Below, one piece after another: positions 23,995-37,338 of a stretch of 64,000 bases of DNA; position 1 is the stretch's first letter; each line of letters starts with the position of its first letter. Made by a program: the position numbers and the translations under genes. The notes beneath the pieces were generated by a model. That model made no database searches. It was not told the DNA's origin and worked only from the letters and a program-made list of their open reading frames with translations. Origin of the DNA: Protoeuglena noctilucae (lineage: Eukaryota); contig OY253676.1 in the NCBI GenBank assembly GCA_958009085.1, forward strand, positions 806,001 to 870,000. The letters are read 5' to 3'.

Positions 23995-24652
23995 CTACAC
24001 ACGCGCCGCGGCGTCCGGAGGCGCGGGGAAGTTCCGCCTCGCGCCGTTCAAGTCGTCGTTCCACGCGTAGTCGAACATGGCGAGCATCCACGTCTCGTAC
24101 CGCAGCGCCACATGCTCGTTCTCGACGTAGCGCACGCGCACGTAGAGCCGGTGCGACTGCCGCGCCTTGTGCAGCATCGCCATCTTGTTCGCCTCGCCGG
24201 GATTCTTCGACAAGTACTTGCTCAGGCGATCCGACGCGTCCTGCAAACGTCTACAAGCGGCGACCGGACTCGCCGAAGCGCGCGCAGCGTGCACCGTGCT
24301 CCGCGCTGCACAGCCGAGCTGCCCTCGCCTTGGCCTTCCCGACGTACGCCACGTTCCTCTTCAGCTGCTTCCGCCACTGCCGACTGCCCTCGACCGCGTC
24401 CGCGTCGCAGAAGCTGATCTCGTACACGGCCGGCCGCTTCTCGATGCCCTCCAGCGTCTTCGCGCGTCCCTGCCGCGCGTCGTCCCACGCCAGATCGCCG
24501 GCGAGGAGGAAGAGAATCCACGGCGTCGACTTGGCCCAAAATGCGCGATAGGCACGGCCTAAGCGGGTCCCCGGGTCCTCGCGGTTGGCCCCTTCGCGCG
24601 GCGTGCTGGGAAAGCAGCCGAAGCACAGTGCGAGTCCAGTAGAGACAGGCAT
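23995..24652 (-). CDS. EFFECTOR OF TRANSCRIPTION (ET/HRT)-like GIY-YIG domain protein, copy 2
   Basis: MPVSTG...REDPGTR...FW...WILF...WDD...PAVYEI...YVGKAK|DASDRLSKY...YETWMLAMFDYAWNDDLNGARR. GC-AG intron 24241-24328. FDYAWNxxxNGxRR is the plant ET signature. Confidence 0.8.
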
Positions 24653-25002
24653 CACGGGTGTCCTGGACCTGCTGGGAGCCGGGGAGCGAGGCAGATGTCG
24701 GACAGAATGCAGGCCGCCCGGTGGAGCACGATGGCAGCGCGGCCGTCGCTCACCTGCGCGGTCCAGCGAGGGCGCGCGAGGTAAAGATCACGGAGCTGGA
24801 TCACGGGAAGGGCATGGCGCTGAAGGCATCGCCGGGCAGGGCGATGACGGGGCCTCAGCGGCGCGTCAGAAGGAGAGATCTGGCATCCTGGGCAGCCTGA
24901 ATGGATCCAACTCAGGCGCCCCCGGTCAGCGCAGTCGCTCACGCCGCAACCATCCCAGCGCCGAGGCCCGGCGTACTGCGCACTGCGGCGCGGCGGGGGC
25001 GA

Positions 25003-28000
25003 ATGAGCGAGTTCTTTGACGTGGCGGCGAGGGAGGGGGGCGACGACGAGGAGGAGGACGAGGAGGTGAGAGAGGGAGTTTACAAGAATGTGGCACTCAC
25101 TTGCGAAGCACTCGCTCGCGATCGTGGCGCGAGGAATCATTCGCCCGGCTCTTGCGGGTGCCTGGTCGCTGCGATGCGGCCCTAGGGCGCTGCCCGTCGC
25201 TCGCGGGTGTGCATGCATAGTCGTTGCGTCCGACGCGCACACGAGGGACGCGGTGGACGGCGTCTAGTGCCGGCCAGGGCAGCTGCGCGCACGTCCCGCC
25301 CGATGCACCGCCCCCGCGCGCACCGTGTGCTCCGCAGGGGCCGGGGGAGGACCTGAACGACACGTCCAACGATGAGGAGGAGGAGGAGGGGTTGGATGAG
25401 TTTGAGCAGGATGGGTTTGTCGTGGGAGACGACCAAGCGGAGGGGGAGGGTGGAGAGGGGGACGGGGCCGCGGGCGGGGAGGCGGGGGAGAAGGCAAAGA
25501 AGAAGAAGGCGAGTGCGGCAGGGTGGCAACGGCGGGATCGGGGTTCGGGACGTAGCGGCGGGCGCGAAAAGGTTGCAAGCTCCTCACGCCCGCTCCCGGC
25601 CCCGCCGACGCTCCGTTTCTCGACGTGACGCGCAGAAGAAGAAGAAGAAGGACCGCGTGTGGGAGCTGGACGAGGAGGACTACGAGATCGCCGGCGTGGA
25701 CCGCCGGAAGCGCCTGCGCCGGGTCGGGGACGACGACGAGCCCATCCGCGCGCAGACGCGGGAGGAGCTCGAGCGGCAGATCTTCGCAGACGGGGAGGGC
25801 CCCGTCGAGGGCCTGGAGGACGAGGAGGCGGAGGCGGCCGTCGCGCGCAGGGAGGCTGCGGCAGCGCAGCGGCGCAGCCGGGCGGACGCGCAGGTGGGCG
25901 CGCGCGGCGCGCGAGGGCCCCGGTTGCGGACCTCGATAAGTGGAATGTCTACTTCATAAACAATGCAGAAATAGCAGTAAACCTCCGCACGCGCCCTTCT
26001 CTCAGCTGGACGAGGACCCGATGGACGATTGGATTGAGCACGACACGGATGTGTACCGCGACGCGGAGAAGCAGTCGCGTGCGGCGCGGGAGCGATATCC
26101 GGGCATGACGGAGGCGGAGGCGGAGGCCCTGGCGGAGGCGCAGGAGATTTTCGGCGACGTGGACGGCACCCTGGCGCAGTACCAGGCGCTCAAGCACAGC
26201 CGGGGGGCGGACGAGGAGGGCGAGGGGGCGGAGGTGAGTGGGCGTGGGTGCGGCATGGAGTCCTTCGGGTGTTGCTGACCTTGTGATGCGATGCGAGCCC
26301 GTGGCTCGTCGTACTCTCCGGGAGGCTCCACCTGTGACGTTGTGCCCCAATAAATGCTTTCTCTCATCTGACATCTCCTTGTCCTCTGACCGTAACCGTC
26401 CCTCGTGCGTGCCTCTCTCACAGGAGGAGGAGGGGTCTCAGAAGGGCGAGGGGCGCGGGGGTCGGTCGGGCGTGGGACGTTTGGACCCCGAGGCGGCGCG
26501 GCGGCTGATGCTGACGGAGAGGGACGACGAGATTCGAAACACGGACCTCCCGGAGCGCGAGCAGCTGCGCGAGGGGGCGGCGGGGCTGGGCCTGGCGGGG
26601 GCGGACCTGGCAGCAGCGGCCGAGTGGATCTGTGACGAGCTGCTGCAGCTCCCCCCGGACCACGCGCTCGGACGGCTGCTGTACGAGGGCGCGATGCACG
26701 TGCACGGCACCGAGGGGCTCGACGGAGGGCGCGCCTGGCCGCCCGGGGCGCTGCTGGGCAGCCCGTCGGACCTGCGGGGGGCGCGGGGCGTGCGCATGCC
26801 GCGGTCCGCGGAGGCCGCGCGGGACTGGAAGGCCGGCGCGCGCGGGGTCGCGGACGACACCCGCGTGCGCGAGGCGCTGCTCGGGGCCGTGCGGGCGGTG
26901 CTGGAGGACGTGGTGGAGGGGCACTGGGAGGTGCCCGCGCTGGCGCTCTTTCGGCGGGGGCGCTGCGGGGAGCTCCTGGCGGGACATTCGGAGGACCTCG
27001 GCGTGAACGGCGAGGGGGCGGTGGCGAGCCGGGAGGAGGCGCGGCGGCTGGCGGACAAGTACGCCGTGGCCGTGGGCGTCGGCCGCGTCATGCCCGAGCA
27101 CCGGTGAGGGCCGCTGGGGCTGTGCGGGTGGGCACTTTGGCATCCTCTACTCATTCCTCATCGCGCTGCGGCGCAATGGGGCCCGGCGCGCGACGCTGCG
27201 CAACCGCCCGCACCGTTTGCAATGGTTCGAGACCAAACGCCGTCCCGGCCACCGCGCGTCCTCCGCAGTCGCGTCCGCCGCTTCGATCTGCTCTACTACG
27301 TCCAGGACCTGGCGGCCCGCTTCGCCGCGCTCGAGTCCGTGCGGTCCGCGCGCCGGCAGAAGTACCGGCAGGCGCTTGACGCGGCGACGGGGGCGGATGC
27401 GGCGGCCGTCGCGCGGTGCCTGGAGGCCCTGGAGTCGTGTCGATCGATTCCGGAGATGGACGACGTCGACCGGACGTTCGAGGCGACGATTGACGCCTCG
27501 GAGGACGCCGCGCTGCAGGCGGGGCGGTCGGCGGGTCCCGGCCGCGTGGCCCGCACCAAGCGCGTCGCGGCGATGCGGAGGAGCGGGGCCATCGAATTCA
27601 CCGCGCGGTTCGCCATCTCCGCCGAGCAGGTCAGAGATAAGGGGGCGGTGGCGTGTGACAGTGGCGCTTGTGCTGTTACCAGCCCTGGAATCCGCATTTG
27701 TTCCTTTATCAAGCAACCCTCATATTCTGTCTCATTCGCAGTTGGCGGAAAACCTGGAGGAGCAGGACCGCACCGGGCTGACTTTGCACGTCCCGCCCGA
27801 CCCGGCCCAGCCGCCCGAGGCAGCGGCCGAGGCGTTTGTGCAGGAGTGGCAGTCGGGGATGAGGTGAGTGGGTGCGAGAGGGAACGTAATAGAACGAGAG
27901 ACGTGCATAGTGAGAGTGCCGGGTGGGAGGAGGAGATGTCAGCTATCCTCGCTCTAATCGCCTCACGTCCACCCGCATCTACCAACAGCCACACACCATC

Positions 28001-31000
28001 ACTGATATAAAGCCCTATTGCCACTCATGTCGTTATCTAGATTCAAATCCCTCCCTCCCCAATCCCCCCGCAGCGGCGACCTCCTCCTGCAGATGTCGGT
28101 GCAGTCGGCGGCCACGCTTCTGGCGTCAGACTTCCGTGTCGCCTCCCACGTGCGGTCGAGGTTCTACCGCCACGCGAGGCTCACCGTGACGTCCACGCCG
28201 GAGGGGGAGGCCAAGATCGAGGCGCACAGCCTGCTGGGGCCGGTCAAGGTGAGAAGGGGAGCTGTGCTGGTTAAGGTTGTTGAGAGTACCAATGGCGGCG
28301 TGCGTTTGGGGTTTCGCAAAGAGCTGCAGCCCCCACCGCCACCCTCACCGCTACCCTTCACATCACCCCCACTGCCACCCTCACTGCCACCCTCACCGCT
28401 ACCCTCCCCCGACCCCCACAGCGCCTGTCGGGCGTCCCGCTGGGCCACATCAAGTCCGGCCACTTCTCTCTGATACGCAAAGCGGTGCGGGACAAGCTGG
28501 TGACGCTTACGATGGCTTTCCCCAGCGAAGAGCAGCGGGCGGTGATGGCGGAGATGGCAGGGGCGTACAGGGGTGCGGGGGGGACTGACGTGGGGGCGGC
28601 GTGGGACGATCTGCGGTGAGGGGTGGGATGTTGTGTGGGGTGTGGGATTGTGTGAGTGGTTTTGGGCGTGGGACGATTTGCAGTGAGGGGTTGTGGGTGG
28701 GGTGGTGTGTGGGTGTGTGTGGTGAGGGTGCGCGTGGGACAATCTGCAGTGAGGGTTGTGGGGTGTGTGGGGAGCGTGGGTCGAGCTGGAATGCAATTTG
28801 GTGGCCAGCCATCTCACCCTACTCATCCTACTCATCTCACCCCATCTCACACTCACCCCCACTCACCCCCACTCACTCAAAATTACCTCACCACCCATCT
28901 CCCCCCCTCATCGCAGCGACCGCATCCTCCACACCGCCGTCCACGACCACATCCTCCCCGCCCTGCGCCAGGAGGTCGAGAGCGATCTCGAGAGGCAGTC
29001 CGCGGATCACGTGGCCTGCGAGGCGGGGGGTGTTTTCTGGCGATACGCCACGCAGCCGCCCATCGCGGTGGCGACAACTGAGGACCCCGCGGACCCCAGG
29101 CCGCTGGACGTCAGGCTCGTCAAGGCGAGTGGGGGTGGGGGATTTGAATGAATGGTGTAAAGTCATCGTATTGGGTAATGAATCCAGTGAACCATGCCCC
29201 ACCCCCTACACCTCTCTCGCCACTCACTCACCCACCCTATCACCCACCCCCATCAACCCCCATCACCTTCCCCCCCTCTTCAGGTCTGCGTGGCTCTCTG
29301 GTCCCCCGGCACCACCCCCGGCGACCTCACAACGCTGGCCGTGATCGATTCCCGGGGCAACCTCGTGGACCTTTTGCAGTGCCGGCAGCTCACCGGGGAT
29401 TACCCCGCGACACGCCAGACACGCGGGCCCACTGAGGGGGCGGGGGGGGCGACAACAACAGGGATCGAACCCCCACCCGACGCATTGCGGGATCCCCGGA
29501 AAGCGCGGGATCTCGAGGATATTTTGAATCTGATCGTGGCGCACAGGCCGCACGTGGTGGTGGTGGGGGCGGGGGGCGCGGGGGCGATTTTACTGGCGGA
29601 GGATCTGAAACGCGTTTCTGGCAAGATATCCGAGAATTTTCAGGAGGCGGTGAATGAGGATCTGCCGGCGGGGATCGGGGTGGAGGTGGTGGAGGACCAG
29701 GTGGGGGGGTGGGGGGGTGTGGGGGGGTATGGGATGTGTTGGGGGGGTTGCTGGGTGTGGGGTTATTGGGGCGGAGGTGGTGGAGGACCAGGTGTGTGGG
29801 GTGGGTGGGGGGGGGAATTTTGTGGGGTGTGGGTGTAGTGGGGGGGTGGGGTGTGTGTTGTGTATAAGTGATATTGGGGTGGAGGTGGTGGAGGACCAGG
29901 TGGGGTGGGGTTGGGGGGTAGCGGGGGTCGTAGTGTTGTGTTAAGCGGTGGCAATTCTTCGTGCAAACAACACAGGCACACTACAGACACTCTCATCTCA
30001 CCTCTCATCTCCCTCCCACCTCACTCCCCCATTCAGGTGGCGTGCCGCTGGGCCGCGACCAGAGAGGCATCGGTGGAGCTGGGGGACCTGTCGCAATCGG
30101 GCAGAGCAGCGGTGGGGCTGGGGCGGTGGGTGCTGGATCCCCTCGCAGTGCTGTGTGGGGTGGTGGCGGATGAGGGGGCGGCTGTGGGGCTGTTCATGGG
30201 GCCGGCGGAGGTGCTGCTGGGGTGAGTGAGAGGGGGGTTGGGGGGGTTAAGTGTGATGGATGATGATAACTACTATCAATATGATGATGGGTGGGTGTGA
30301 CGGGTGCGGTGGGGTGGGTGGGGTTGATGGGGGTGGAATGAGTGGGGTGTGATAGGTGGGGTGAGTGGCAGGGTGGGGGAGGGGGTGGATGGGGTTACAT
30401 GTAATGCATCACTAAGATTACTATGACTGGTAGCAGTGATGTATTGATAGGTATGGCTGGTTGATAATTGGTAAAAATAGTTGATAATGCCCTGACAATA
30501 CCGGCACCCCATCATCCCACCCACGATAGCACAGTAACCACGCCCTCTCCTCTCCCCCTCCCCAGCCCCCCCCGCCGCCGCCAGCTGATGGAGCGATTGC
30601 TGGTGACTGCCGTGGCGCAGACAGCCGTGGATGTCAACACCGCCGTGGCATTCGCGAGATGGAAGCTGCCCACCCTCGCCTATGTGCCGGGGCTGGGGTG
30701 AGCGGGCGGGCGATGCGCGGGGCTTTGTGATTTTATCATGTTATTATTGTTTGTTATTGTTTGATGTATCGCATTTGATATTGTTATATTTATGACAATA
30801 ATGTTGTGGTTTATAGTTTATAATAATAACAAGATCATGGTAAGTACATTAATATTATTATTATACTATAAGTTCAATGATATTGTTTTACGATCTCACC
30901 CCCTCCCCTTCCCCCCCGCAGCCCCCGCAAGGCCTCTGCGCTGATCAAGTCCATCCAGGCCACCCCCGAGGGCGTGCTGCAGTCGAGGCGGCAACTGAGG

Positions 31001-34000
31001 GAGGATTTGAATATGGGGCCGGTCGTGTACGCCAACTGCGCGGGGAGCCTGCTCGTGCAGGCGCTCAAGTGAGGGATGGGGTGGGGGGTCCATTTTAGCA
31101 ATAGCTGTTGTATTTTATCTTGTTTTAAATTAGATTATTATGACCATTGTCCCTTGCCCCCGCAGCGCGAGTGACCTGGGCAACTACTACCTCCTGGACG
31201 CCATCCGAGGTGAATCGCGATTAGCAATGATATGATAATATATGATAAACTAATAAGATGTATGATAAAAATAATAAGATGTATAAGATCAACAGCACAT
31301 TCAGTTAACCCCCCCATAAATCCCAGTTATAATTCCCTCAACCCCCCCCTCTCTCTCCCCCGCAGTCCACCCCTTCGCTTACCCCCTCGCTTATCGTTTG
31401 CTCCGTCACTTGCGCTCCCGGGGGCTGCTGTCCGCGACTGCCGATAGAGATGGAAACGGGGATATGGATGAACACGATAATGCGGATGCGGACGCATTGG
31501 TGGGGGAGGCGTTGGACCCAGAGGGGCCGAGGGGGGCGGTGGCGATGGGGGCGGATGTGGCGGGGGTGTGGGAGGAGATGGCTATGGAGATGGGGGAGGG
31601 AGCTAGGTGAGAGTTTATTGAATGAGCATGTCTTAGCATTAAGCCCATTCCACAACCCCACTGCCACCCCTCTTACAACCCCTCACGCTCGCTACTACCC
31701 ACCCTACCCCCACCCCACTGCACCCCACCTCATCCTCACCCACACCCTACTCCCTTACCCCCGCAGCGCATCCGGCCTGCGTCTGGCCACCCTCATCAAC
31801 ATTCAAATCCACATCTAATAACTCCACCCCATCTCCCTTCACCCCCGCAGCTCAACCGGCCTGTGCATGGCGGCCCTCATCGACGTTCAGATGGAGATCG
31901 CCGCACCCGGCGCCTCCCTCCTCCCCACCTGGCGCCCCCTCAGCCCCTTCCGCGCCTTTTTGAGCCACGCCCAGATTCGATACGAGGACGTCAGGCAGGG
32001 GCGGGTGGTGCGGGGCACGGTGCGCGCGGTGTTGCGGGAGAGCGCGATTGTGGAATTGGAGACGGGGGTGGAGGCCGTGCTCCCCAAGCCCTTTTTGAGC
32101 GAAAGGACCTCCCCCGATTCGATCGGCGACCTCTCGGGGGTCGTCGCAAGGGGGCAGGCGGTGGCGGCGCGCGTTCTGGCGGTTTCGCCCAAGCTGACGC
32201 AGGCAGACGAGGAGCTGCTGGGGCAGAGGGACCGGAGGCCCTGGGACGCCGCGGCGTTCCTGGGGGAGATGAGGGCCATGGCCAACGAGACCATGGTGAG
32301 TTATTCTGTTGATATTGATTGCGAGATGGTAATTGATCGATAGTGTTGGTAGTGGTGGTGATGGTGAGGGGTGGCAGTTTGTATTGGTATTGACGGCAGT
32401 TGAAACAAGTGTTGATTATAGTGTATATTGGAATGTCGGTATGAATTCGCTTACAACCCGTATCAATTATCACCACCCCCAGTTGCGTGAGAACCACCGG
32501 GGCGGCATCCAGGGCGGCCCCTATGCCTGGTACAAGGACAGCGGAGTGGGGGACCGGTTCGGCATGTTCGGGTGGCAGAGGTGAGGAATGGTGTATGGGC
32601 TAAGCTAATAGGTGTTCTAATTATTGTAATAATAATGTTGTAATTTAGCACGTTACTTTTTTGTAAATTAAGATCATTTTTGTTATATTATCATATAAAA
32701 TGGTGTGATGATACTACATATTTCCATATGTTCACTTCTCCCCGCCCACTCAGGCTCTCCCTTCAAGACTGGACCGAGACGGGCTTTGACCGCACTTCGG
32801 TCGTGCACCCCCACCACCCCGACGCATCGATCGGCTCCCGCATCAGCCAGCCATTCGTGGTGTATCTAATCGCATTCAGTGCCGAGGTGCAGCGGGACGG
32901 GCGGTGGGAGCGCGCGATCGCGGCGCATGAGGGGTACTATGAGGAGACGGAGGTGGATTGGGAGGGGGCGGAGGAGAGGGACCGGGCGGCGGTGGCGGGT
33001 GAGGGGGGGTGGTGGTGATGGGTGGTAATAATGATTGTAATTTGATGGCAGGTGATGGATTGGGAGGGGGCGGAGGAAAGGGATCGGGCGGTGGTGGGCG
33101 GCGGTTGATGTTCGCATTATTGTCAGTGTTCACTGTTAATCGTCAATATGTTATATGTTATAGTTATATATTTTATTGCATATTGCCAACATCTTATATT
33201 TTGTATTTCATCATCTCCTCCACCCCCCCCAGGCCCGTCTGCCAAGGGCGACCGTGGCAGGAAGAAGCAGCCGCCATTGATGATGAGGCGCATCGAGCAC
33301 CCCTACTTCCGAAACGCCACGCTGGTGAGGGCATAGAGGGGGAGATTACACATTTGGGGTTGTTAATTTGGTCTGGCAAGTCAAGCTAACATGCGTCACT
33401 GGCGGCGGCGCTAGTGGGCAAGCCCTCTCCCCTCTTGCCAATCATTACGCTTACCCATATCTCATAGTAATGAAACCCATCCCATCTCCCCTTATTCACT
33501 CCATCTCAGGAGGAAGTGGAAAAAGAGCTCTCGTCTCGCTCGGTGGGTGAGCCCCTCTTCTCCCCCTCCACCAAGGGCCCCTCCTCTCTCCGGCTCACTT
33601 TCAAAGTGGCCCACGTCCCGATCGGCGATTCGGGGGACCCCCAAGATTCGATCATGCACGTGGAGATCAAAGAGGGGGGCAAGGACACCTCACGGCGGGA
33701 GACGATGCTCTCTCTCGGAAAAGAGCTGGCCATCGAGCATCCCCCCGGCGCCCCGCCCGCGGCTGCGTTCCGGGAAGTTTACGAGGATTTGGACGAGGCG
33801 GTGGCGCGGTTCGTGGAGCCCCTGGTCGCCAACGCAGAGCACGTCTCACGACACCGCAAGTACGTCGCCGGCGGCAAAGCACAAGTCGAGGACTTGCTCA
33901 GGCTGCGGCTGCGGGCGGACCGATCGCTTAGGGGAGATTACGCGCTAGCGCCGCACCTGCCCACGGGCAATGCGAGCGTGGATGGGGCGCGTGCGGGGGC

Positions 34001-35003
34001 GTTCTACATCGCAGCGTGTGTGCGGGACCCGAGGGGGGGGGAGCCCCCCGTGCATCGCGAGTATTTCCTCTGTCACCCCGACGGCTACGTTTTCCGGGGA
34101 GGGAAGTTCCCGGATCTGGAGGCGCTGGTGGATGAGTTCAAGCGCAAGCCGGGTGAGCGAGGGGTGGGGGTGGAGGTGTGTGTTATGGGATGGCGTGACT
34201 GGTGGATGAGTTCAAGCGCAAGCCGGGTGAGTGTGCGAGGGGGTGGCGGGTGTGTGTACTGGGATGGGGTGGGTTGGTGGGCAATGACATGCTGGCAGGG
34301 TGGGGTGGGGATGCACGTAACTGCACTCGCAAGCAACCCCACCCATCTCACCCACTCACCTCCCTCATCACCACCCCTCCCGTCTTCCTCCCCCCACAGT
34401 GGCCAAATCCACCGCCCCCTCCGCCCCCCCTTCGCGGCCCGCCGGCACCACCGCGGCCATCTTTGGATTCGCCCCCTTCCGATCCACGGGAGCAGCCACG
34501 CCCAACGCCAACTACGCCCCGCCGCTGCCGGTGAGGGGAGTGGGGCGGAGTGGGTGCTGTCTGTGTCGCTGTGCTTGTTGCAGCTGTCACGTGCACCCCA
34601 CTTGCCTCCTCATGCCACGCTCTTGCCACTCCATCTTACACACTCCATCATGCACCCCCACTATCTCATACCCCCACCCACACCCCATCTTACACACCCC
34701 ATGTCGCCACCCTACCCCCCTTCCCCCCTTCCTCCCCCCCCGCAGCCCCCGCCAATGGGCATGGCCTACTCATCAGGCGCAGCTACCCCGGGCGGCCGCC
34801 CCGCCTATCCCGCGCCCCCGCTGCCCTACCCCCCCGCCATGCCCGGCGGTGCATCGGGGAGTGGGGTTGCTGCGAACAGGGGTGCGAGCATGGGTGCCCC
34901 GTCCGAGCCATCCATGACAGATCTACTGCAGCGGTCTGCGGCGCACATCTCGCAGCAGCTGGGGAGCCAGGGCGGGGGGGCGAGGGGGTATGGGGGGGGT
35001 TGA
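25003..35003 (+). CDS. SPT6: Transcription elongation factor / histone chaperone SPT6, about 20 exons
   Basis: Acidic N-terminus (DEFEQDGFVV, ELDEEDYEI, AQEIFGD), MLTERDDEIRNTDLPEREQL, YqgF-like HRPHVVVVG, HhH YVPGLG|PRKASALI, DAIR|VHP, S1 domain, tandem SH2 (RRIEHPYFRN, PSTKGPSSLRLTFKV, YEDLDE). Confidence 0.93.
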
Positions 35004-35341
35004 GAGTGTGGGGGTGTGGGTGCGGGAGACATGATGTGGGGAGGGCAGGAGAGGAGTGGGGGTAGCGCGGCGCATGCGCATGGGCTTGGCGCTTGCTGTT
35101 GTGGTTGATGAACGTAGCGGCGCGCTGTGGCAGGCTTGAATCGCGGCACGGCGAACTGGCGAACGCGTTCTGACGATCCCTGCGCTGGCATCGCGCGTCA
35201 ACGAACGAATCACGGCCGCGAATCGTTTTATAGATTTCAACAGACACGACGAAAGCGCCTCTCGAGACCGGCGGCCCCGCCCGCGGCTGCAATCCGCGCC
35301 CAAGACAACAGGGCTGCAGCCGTGGCGACCGTCGCGTCGCA

Positions 35342-36913
35342 ATGGCGCACGAATGGCCGGGGAGGAATGTCAAGGAGGTCGTGGTAAGTATTTAGATGCT
35401 TCGGTTGCAGCGAATCATCCAAGTGAAGGTCTGGCTGATGCGCAGCTGCGTCGTTACCGCAGGTTGTCATGAAACCGGGCTATTTTTGCGCGGCGCAGCT
35501 CCACATGCCGCCCGCGCTGGTCAATTACGTCTCGAGGTACAATTTGGACGAGGAGAGCATCACGTTCACCGTCACGGACGCGGCCACGGGCCACACTGTC
35601 ACCGTGGAGGGGCTGGTCGTGGTAAGCGCGGACATGCCCGCTTGCGGCGCGCGCGCCCATGCGTGCGCAGTCACAAATGCGCAGTCTCACGTGTAGTGTT
35701 CTCTGCGCCCGTAGAAGCTCAAGCGAAAGCACCTGGGCGGTCCGCAAGCGCTTTGGAGCGCGATGGACGTCCGCTCCGGCGACTCCAGTGCGTGGCTCGG
35801 GTTGGCAGCGCCCGCGTTTCCAACATTGTATGCATAAGAATTACTCTTAAGCGCTTCCCCGCCATCTCGCCCGCAGTCGCGATCGCCATCGAGCCTCACA
35901 AGACCGTGCACTGGCGCGCTAAGGTCTATCGCTCGCCCGAGCACGATTCCATGCCGCACTGGCGCGCGCATCGGAAGGAGCAGTCCGCGCGCCGCACCGC
36001 CGCGCGCACGGGATCCGACGGGGAGGAGAAGCACGGTCCTGGCCGCAAGCGGCAGCGAACAACTGCCCAGGCCCCTGCTACCGGCAACATGGGTGGCATT
36101 GCGCCGGACATGAGCCCTTTCGCGTCTCCGTGGCTTCCGCTGATTCAGGGGCTGGGATCAAGGTGGCCGAACGGGGCCGGCGGGGCGATGAGCGCAGCGA
36201 CGGTCGGGGCGCCGGGCATGGGTGGCGCTGCACCATTGCCACTGCCGCCGTTGCTGCCACTGCCGTTGTTGGGGAGTGCGGGCCCTCAGGCGTTTACTGC
36301 CGGGTTGCCTGGCATTGCGCCGATGTCATGGATGCCCATGCCCATGCCAGTGGCGCCATCGCTGCTGGTGACTGAGGCAGTGCCGCCAGCGGGGGCGGAG
36401 GGGCTGGGTGGGGTGGCTGCCGGGGTGGGAGCGGGGGTGGCTGGGGCTGTGGGGGTTGGGGAGGGGCTAGGTGGGGTGACTGGAGTGGTGGGGGCTGCAG
36501 AGGGGTTGGGCGGTGTGACTGGGGCGGAGGTGGGCGTGGCCGGGGCGGTGGGGGGCGTGGGTGGAGCGATGGCGGGTGCAGAGGGGCAGGGTGGGGTGGC
36601 TGCGGAGGCGGGGAGAGTGGACGCGCAGGGTGGGGCTGACAGGGCTGTGGCGGAGGTGGGTGCGGTAGGAGGGGAGGAGAGCGGAAGGGGGGAGGATGAG
36701 AGCGGGGCTGTGGCGATGGGCAGCCCTGCTTTGCACGGGGAGGGTTCGTGGGATGTGGACGAGCCGAGCTGGATGGGGAGCGAGAGAGGGGGGGGGGGGG
36801 GGGATGAGGGAGACGGTGCGGTCTCCAACAATCCGCATGATAACATGCGGATGGTGCAGGTGGTTGTGGGGGGGGTAGCGAGGCAGTCGGGAGCGATGCG
36901 AGGCAGCAGATAG
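35342..36913 (+). CDS. Putative B3 (REM-like) DNA-binding protein with a Pro/Gly-rich tail, 4 exons
   Basis: Spliced N-terminus MAHEWPGRNVKEVV|VVMKPGYFCAAQLHMPPALVNY...ITFTVTDAATGHTVTV...|KHLGGPQALWSAMDVRSGDS|IAIAIEP...WRAKVYR follows the B3 pattern. A basic NLS-like GRKRQR follows. Confidence 0.55.
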
Positions 36914-37338
36914 GGGAGTCAGTGAACGCCGCTGTTGAATCATAAACGTACAAGTGGGGTTGTATGGATGGCTGCGGGCAGGATCGGAAGCGCGAGGACA
37001 GTTTGCTGACTGGGTGCCGGGTCTTGCCCCACTTGCTCGCTGACCCCGCGCCGGCGATCTCATCATCTAGCGTGCGGGGAATTAGGTAACAATACATACG
37101 TGGCAGTGCGCCGTTGCTTCGGTCGCCACATCAATCGATCTGCCCGCACAACCTGCTTTGCCTTTTGGAGGGAGCGAAGCGTAGCGACGGGCGCGGCTTT
37201 CGGGTTCGCGAGGGCTAGTCCTCATCGTCTAAGTCACATCATCAGCGGCTGCAGCAGCGAAGTGGCTGACCCGCGCGTAGGGACGCGCGCGCGCGGGGGC
37301 CCACGGGGCGCTGTGGCGGGGGAGGCGGGAAGCGCGCG

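Noticed and set aside
22714..24652. GIY-YIG genes as Penelope-like elements or homing endonucleases
   Set aside because: No reverse transcriptase, terminal repeats or self-splicing intron context; spliceosomal introns and the ET-specific FDYAWN motif are present.
28341..28400. CCCTCACTGCCA / TGGCAGTGAGGG motif recurring in several introns (also about 41220 and 53870) as an introner or MITE
   Set aside because: Similarity is limited to low-complexity 6-12 bp units; no shared full-length intron sequence, terminal inverted repeats or target-site duplications.
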